A stretch of DNA of 63,761 nt, the filler included, from an uncultured Methanosarcinales archaeon (GTDB lineage: Archaea > Nanobdellota > Nanobdellia > Woesearchaeales > CAYXTQ01): the NCBI GenBank assembly GCA_964608065.1. It is 14 parts of 14 records of this genome, joined end to end, with 100 filler letters (N's around TTAATTAATTAA, not from the genome) between each part and the next. Parts side by side here need not be neighbours in the genome. Positions count along the whole stretch, not along the records: positions 58,103 to 62,077 come from CAZSMA010000103.1; positions 62,178 to 63,761 come from CAZSMA010000130.1; 12 more parts are not named here. One strand, 5' to 3'. Numbering within the stretch: position 1 is the stretch's first letter; the number at the start of each line of letters is the position of its first letter. The notes beneath the pieces are model-generated. The model was not told the DNA's origin, ran no database searches, and saw nothing but the letters and a program-made list of their open reading frames with translations. A program made the translations under genes and the position numbers. Positions 58,659 through 63,761 of the stretch are shown piece after piece.

Positions 58659-60280
58659 TCTTTCACCAAATCAACAAAATTAAAGTTTTTTCCATCAAAC
58701 AAGCCTTTATCTGAAATTTTTAGTTCTGGTATAACCAATAATGCCATAAAGCTTAATGTTCCGAATGGAGCTTTTAACTTACAACCTAAGTTTTTAACAA
58801 ACTTATTAATTTTTCTTATTTTGTTATTTACAACATAGACATTTTCTGTGCTCATAAGACCTGCTATTGGTAACTGGACATTAGCTATCTTGTTTCCATC
58901 TACAGCTACTAAGCCTCCTTTCATACTTATTAAAGTGTTGACTGCTTTTACCATATCTCTATTATTTGTTCCTACTGTAATTATATTATGAGAGTCATGA
59001 GCAACACTTCCAGCTATAGCTCCTTTTTTTAATCCAAAGCCTTTAGCAAAAGCAACAGACATCCTGTTGTGACCATATCTTTCAATAACAGCAATTTTTA
59101 GAATATCTTTTTTAGTGTTTGATAAAACTTGTTTGTTCTCTACCTCTAAAGTTTCAGTCAGTTCTTTTGTAACAATCTGGTCTGGCAGTATTCCAATGAC
59201 TCTTGCTTTAATTTTTTTTACATTGTTTTTTTTTAAGAAAACAATAAAATCATTTATAGTTTTTTTTCTTACTTTAAAGCTGTTCTTCAGTCTTTTAGGT
59301 TTGGATTTAAACAAAACTTTATTTTTTGCAACTAATTTTCCGTTGATAAAGTTTTTTTTTACATTAAAATCTTTTAAGTTGCTAACAATAACAAAATCTG
59401 CTGCTTTGCCTTTCTTAATGATTCCTGTGTCAAGTTTATAATGCAAAGCAGGAATTAGTGTGACAAGTTTTACAGCTTTGATTGGGTCTAATCCTAGTTT
59501 TACAGCCCTTCTCAATAATTCATTGATATGGCCTTTGATCAGATCATCACTATGTTTGTCATCAGAAACTAACATGCAATCATAGTTATTTGCTAATTTA
59601 ATCAGTTGTTTCATGTTTTTTGCAGAACTACCTTCTCTGATTAAAATTTTCATTCCTAATTTGCTTTTTTCTAAAGCTTCATTATAAGAAGTACATTCAT
59701 GATCTGTTGTGATTCCAGACCTTACATATTTTTTTAATTGAATTCCTGTTAAACCAGGAGCATGACCATCAATTGGTTTTTTCAGTTTCTTAGCTATGTT
59801 TATTTTTTTTTTAACTTCTTTATCTCCAAAAATAACTCCTGGAACATTCATCATTTCTGCCAATGCAACAAATTTTTTTTTTTTTAATAATTTTTCAATC
59901 TTCTTAGAATCCAGACAAGCTCCAGAAGTCTCAAAATTTGTAGCAGGAACACAACTTGGAGCTGAGAAGTAAAACTTTAAAGGAACTTGTTTGCTGTCTT
60001 TAATCATATAATTTATTCCTTTTATTCCCAAAACATTTGCTATTTCATGGGGGTCTGCAACTACTGCTGTTGTTCCGTTTGCAGCAGTTGCTTCAGCAAA
60101 CCTAGAAGGAACTAACATAGAGCTTTCAATATGGATATGAGCATCAATCAAACCAGGAAGAATATAGTTTTTGTATTTTTTATCTGTTTTTTCAATACTT
60201 AGAATTTTATCATTAAAATTAATTTTTGCTGGGTATATCTTTTCTTTTAGGACATCAACAAGATTACCTTCAATAATCAT
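58655..60280 (-). CDS. ade: Adenine deaminase
   Basis: DAHIHIESS, DPHEIANV, DGHAP, TDHEC, REGS, SDD, VAHDSHN. Confidence 0.96.
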   Translation of the reverse strand: MIIEGNLVDVLKEKIYPAKINFNDKILSIEKTDKKYKNYILPGLIDAHIHIESSMLVPSRFAEATAANGTTAVVADPHEIANVLGIKGINYMIKDSKQVPLKFYFSAPSCVPATNFETSGACLDSKKIEKLLKKKKFVALAEMMNVPGVIFGDKEVKKKINIAKKLKKPIDGHAPGLTGIQLKKYVRSGITTDHECTSYNEALEKSKLGMKILIREGSSAKNMKQLIKLANNYDCMLVSDDKHSDDLIKGHINELLRRAVKLGLDPIKAVKLVTLIPALHYKLDTGIIKKGKAADFVIVSNLKDFNVKKNFINGKLVAKNKVLFKSKPKRLKNSFKVRKKTINDFIVFLKKNNVKKIKARVIGILPDQIVTKELTETLEVENKQVLSNTKKDILKIAVIERYGHNRMSVAFAKGFGLKKGAIAGSVAHDSHNIITVGTNNRDMVKAVNTLISMKGGLVAVDGNKIANVQLPIAGLMSTENVYVVNNKIRKINKFVKNLGCKLKAPFGTLSFMALLVIPELKISDKGLFDGKNFNFVDLVKE

Positions 60281-60372
60281 TACAGCACCCCTTTTATATA
60301 ATTTAGGAAGAGGTTACTTATAAACTTTTTTATTTAGATAAATTTATAAATAAAGTTTCATTTTACTCTGGC

Positions 60373-60804
60373 ATGAAGAAAATATTCAAATTATTAATGA
60401 TAGTATTTGTTATTGTTATGTTTGCATCTACAGCTTTAGCTTCAAAAACTTATGTAGTATATGACAAACCTAATTCAAACACTTATGTTATTCCTCATAA
60501 ATTTGATGGTAAAAGTGATATTTGTGTTTTAAGGCAGAAAGCTAATAAATTAAATCCAAAGTTTTATGATATTTATGAAAGCAATGAAGAAAAAGAAAGA
60601 TTGTTAGAGAAGAAGTTCAGAGGAGTTAAATCCTGGAAAGACTATAAAGTATATTATGGATATCATGAAGAAGTATTTGGTAGTAAGAATATGTATCTGA
60701 ACTGGAAAGATGCAGAAAATACTTGGGGAGATGAAGATTTTCATCCAACTAAAGGATATGACAACTATTTCTTTGAAAAGATTGAGAAGTATTCTGTTAA
60801 GTAA
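60373..60804 (+). CDS. Secreted hypothetical protein
   Basis: Signal peptide ending ALA. Confidence 0.65.
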   Translation: MKKIFKLLMIVFVIVMFASTALASKTYVVYDKPNSNTYVIPHKFDGKSDICVLRQKANKLNPKFYDIYESNEEKERLLEKKFRGVKSWKDYKVYYGYHEEVFGSKNMYLNWKDAENTWGDEDFHPTKGYDNYFFEKIEKYSVK

Positions 60805-60872
60805 ATAGCGAATTCAATAAAATCTAATCAATAATTAAATAAAAATAAAAACAAAAAGCCTTAAATACTTAG

Positions 60873-60908
60873 ACTTCTTTTTACATAAAAAGAAGTATTT
60901 TTACTTCT
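60873..60908. promoter_or_regulatory. Overlapping inverted repeats, candidate RHH operator
   Basis: ACTTCTTTTT-ACAT-AAAAAGAAGT and AGAAGTA-TTTT-TACTTCT between TATA and ATG. Confidence 0.55.
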
Positions 60909-60915
60909 ACATAAA

Positions 60916-61065
60916 ATGACATCTAAAAAAATAACCCTATCAATACCAGAGCCAATATTGAATAAATTAAAGGATGAAAAAAAAAAATATGCTTACTCAT
61001 CAATACAAGAGATAATAGTAGATATATTAAGAAATAAGTTTTATTTTAAAAAAAAAATAAAGTAA
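60916..61065 (+). CDS. RHH/CopG-like protein, 49 aa (not in ORF track)
   Basis: MTSKKITLSIPEPILNKLKDEKKKYAYSSIQEIIVDILR. Confidence 0.75.
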   Translation: MTSKKITLSIPEPILNKLKDEKKKYAYSSIQEIIVDILRNKFYFKKKIK

Positions 61066-61077
61066 AGAGAGATAAAA

Positions 61078-62077
61078 ATGCCTAAAAGGCTTGAAGAAAT
61101 TATTGAGAAACATGAAAAGTGGAATAAAACCTTAGCCCGTAATATAGTTTTATTGTCATTATTCATAATACTTTTTTCTAGTTTGCTTTTAGTAATCAAG
61201 CCACAGATAACTGGTTTTGTTGTACTAGAGACAGGAAGTGATGGGATAACTACTATTACATGGGATTTTAGTGATTCAAGTGATTATTATTATGACAGTT
61301 CTTTGATTGATTTAAACGAGAATGAGGTAAAATTAAAAACTACAACTACTCAATATATATTTACTCACTCTGATTTTGAAAATGGTACTTTGTCTAATAT
61401 AAATATCATAGATGATGGAATAAGCCCAAAAAAAAATACTACTCCTTACTATGTAACTCAGGCACTTTATGATCCAAAAAACAAGACATCACAACTAAAT
61501 AGCATAGGAGATGGTGACCTTATAGTTGAGGATGGTGAAATACTTAATATAGAATTTGAAAATTCATTAGATAATCAAGACGTTGTCTCTCTGTACATAA
61601 CAGATGGAAATTTAACATATATATACTTATGCGATCTGAACATAAGCTGTACTTCGCCTGGATACGGATTAGTTTATTATGACAAACAAATAGGTTGGTA
61701 CAATATAACAATTACTGGTTTATCAAACCAAAAAAAAATATTCAAATTAGAGTTGGCAGATGAAGTAGAATTTGACTATATAACTTCAAATAAAGGTGAC
61801 ATTTTGAGAGCTTTATATGATCCAAAAAACAAGACATCCAAAGTGAATAGCATAGGAAATGGCCATCAAAACGTTAAGAAAGATAAAATTTTTGATGTAT
61901 TTTTTGATGGTGGGTTGGGTAACGGAGACATTATTTCATTATACATTGAGAATAGTGATTTATCAGATATTTATCTTTGCGATGTAAGTACTGAATGTAG
62001 TTCTCCTGGTCATGGTTTGGTTTCTTATGATGGGGAAGAAGGATGGTATAATATAACAATTACAGGATTAAGTTCTC
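61078..62077 (+). CDS. Membrane-anchored surface protein with a 116-aa internal repeat (3' truncated)
   Basis: TM then PQITGFVV; ALYDPKNKTS...GWYNITITGLS twice, 348 nt apart. Confidence 0.8.
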
Positions 62078-62321
62078 NNNNNNNNNNNNNNNNNNNNNNN
62101 NNNNNNNNNNNNNNNNNNNNNTTAATTAATTAANNNNNNNNNNNNNNNNNNNNNNNNNNNNNNNNNNNNNNNNNNNNCAATTAATTGAAATTCTTGTTTA
62201 AAAAAATTAATAATAAAATTCTGTAACAGTGTCTGCGCGAAACATTAAATCATTTCCTGCAGTATGGTAAAAGAAAAATCCATCAACGTTATAATCAGTT
62301 TTATTGTCTAACCATCCATAA

Positions 62322-63659
62322 GGGACTGTAATGAAATAACTATACCATCTTAAAGCACAATTTTATTATTAATTTTTTTAAACAAGAATTTCAATTAATT
62401 GTAGGATTGATTGTATAATTCCATTCTCCGTGAAAAGAATCAGGTTTAATGTTAATCTTCTTCATTTCTCTATCAGGTATCTTTATTCCTGTTGGATATT
62501 GTTTCTTATCTAATCTACATTTTACTTTTAAGCCAGTCTTTGTAGTGGTTGAAGAGATAAGATTAACAATTACTTCATGACTGATTAGAGGTTTAGCTCT
62601 CCAATTCTTGCTAATAAAAGAAAATAGTCTATGTTCTATTTTGTTCCATTTGCTTGTTCCAGGGGGAAAATGGGATACAGAAATAGGAATTTTTAATTGA
62701 TTAGAAAGCTTTTGTAACTCCAATTTCCATAACCTGCTTTTTGCTGCATTGCTTCCTCCAGCATCTGCAGTTAATAAAAGACTTTTTGCTTTGGTATACT
62801 CTTTCTTACCCATTCTTTTCCACCACCATTTTATACTTTCTACCGCAAATGATGCTGTGTTATGGTCTATCCCCACACTTACCCAACCTTTGTTTTTAAT
62901 TATATCATATACGCCATAAGGGCATACTTTACCAAGTTCCTTTATCATAAAATCATGCATACGGACATCTTCTGGGCTTCCTTTAGGCCGCCATTCTTGT
63001 CCAGAATTCTTAAAATTACCGACAAGTTCTTTCTTCTTTGCATCAACAGATATAGCAGGCTCGCCCTTTTTCTGCTGAGCTTTAACTTTTCTATTAATAT
63101 TCTTGAACTGAGCATCACGATCGGGGTGACTCATTCCTTCGCTTGTTTTCCTATTTGCTTGTAAACTGTATTTCATATCATGTAAAAGTTCTGCAATCAT
63201 GCGATGACTGGCCTTATGTTTCATTTTCTTTAACTCTTTAGCAAGATTGCGAACACTTTTGGTTGTCCAAAGCAAAGGTGATTCAGGATCGCCTCTTGAA
63301 TATGGTTCAACCACTAGATTCAAATCTCTTTTCAGTGTAGGATCTTTTATTACAGTTCTAGTTCGGCCACCACCTTGTTTACGTATACGGTTAGGATCCA
63401 GTATTTCTTTTTGGTACAGTTCTTTGATTCCTCGTGAGATAGTATGCCTCTCCAAGTTTGTAACTTGTGAAACAATAGAGATTCCACCATGTCCAATTGC
63501 TTGAGCCTCTGCAGCTGCAAAAAGCCTTAGTGTTCTTTCATTTAATGTGTTCTTTAGAAGTTCATATTTTTTTCTTACAAAAGTTTCATCCATAGAATAA
63601 CTATAATCTAGAAGTATATAAATCTTACTAAAATGGTATAGTTATTTTGTTACAGTTAC
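62322..63659 (-). mobile_element. Complete ISAzo13-family insertion sequence (1338 bp)
   Basis: TIR core ACTGTAA(TG/CA)AAATAACTATACCAT(C/T)TTA matches 25/28; flanked by TAA at 62319-62321 and 63660-63662. Confidence 0.9.
62391..63593 (-). CDS. ISAzo13-family transposase
   Basis: RGDPESPLLWT, SVDAKKKELVGNFKN, HDF, DAGGSN, PPGTSKWNKIEHRLF, FHGEWNYTI. Confidence 0.96.
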   Translation of the reverse strand: MDETFVRKKYELLKNTLNERTLRLFAAAEAQAIGHGGISIVSQVTNLERHTISRGIKELYQKEILDPNRIRKQGGGRTRTVIKDPTLKRDLNLVVEPYSRGDPESPLLWTTKSVRNLAKELKKMKHKASHRMIAELLHDMKYSLQANRKTSEGMSHPDRDAQFKNINRKVKAQQKKGEPAISVDAKKKELVGNFKNSGQEWRPKGSPEDVRMHDFMIKELGKVCPYGVYDIIKNKGWVSVGIDHNTASFAVESIKWWWKRMGKKEYTKAKSLLLTADAGGSNAAKSRLWKLELQKLSNQLKIPISVSHFPPGTSKWNKIEHRLFSFISKNWRAKPLISHEVIVNLISSTTTKTGLKVKCRLDKKQYPTGIKIPDREMKKINIKPDSFHGEWNYTINPTIN

Positions 63660-63725
63660 TAAGTCATAGTCAGTTCTCATAAATTATCACCTATAGTCTG
63701 TATCACAATAAAATATAAATATAAG

Positions 63726-63744
63726 TTAGCTACATTGTAGCTAA
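63726..63744. promoter_or_regulatory. Palindromic candidate operator before an ATG at the window end
   Basis: TTAGCTACA-T-TGTAGCTAA between a TATA-like sequence and ATG at 63747. Confidence 0.45.
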
Positions 63745-63761
63745 TAATGAAAAAACAAACA

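Noticed and set aside
62178..62401. Perfect 43-bp inverted duplication (62178-62220 vs 62359-62401)
   Set aside because: Sits exactly at a contig start and copies internal IS sequence without the TIR; most likely an amplification chimera or assembly artefact
960..63593. Alternative genetic code or stop-codon readthrough
   Set aside because: Conserved genes are uninterrupted under the standard code and end in TAA, TAG and TGA

Overview
This is not one locus. The window holds 14 short AT-rich contigs joined by artificial 100-bp linkers (44 N + TTAATTAATTAA + 44 N). The complete contigs fall monotonically from 5229 to 3975 bp, so adjacency across linkers means nothing. Gene content is archaeal: Rpl35Ae, fibrillarin and Nop5, ZPR1, Taw1, a C1:G72 intron-containing tRNA-Tyr, PGF-pre-PGF and class III signal-peptide proteins. 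The style suggests a DPANN (Woesearchaeota/Pacearchaeota-like) MAG or SAG (inference). Ordinary genes include ppsA, pcm, a PfkB kinase, a DEAD-box helicase, the leuS 3' end, trmJ, trm11-like, ade-hpt-(mtnA), a KefB-like antiporter, MNT-HEPN and a carbamoyltransferase with SxtJ/SxtK-like partners. Mobile DNA comprises a complete ISAzo13-family element with TIRs and a 3-bp TSD, ISH3 remnants, and two IS ends with a shared 9-bp TSD that join two contigs. The most promising oddities are: (1) a twice-repeated RHH + Mpv17/PMP22-like membrane-protein cassette with a palindromic operator, whose RHH genes are missing from the ORF track; (2) a viperin-like radical SAM gene next to a stand-alone CARF-like gene; (3) a self-contained gcvH-lipA-lplB-lplA-lpdA cluster; (4) dispersed double-hairpin intergenic repeats; (5) tRNA-derived integration scars; (6) a candidate filament operon and a recurrent ITG motif in secreted proteins. 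All family calls come from motif recognition by eye; no searches were run.
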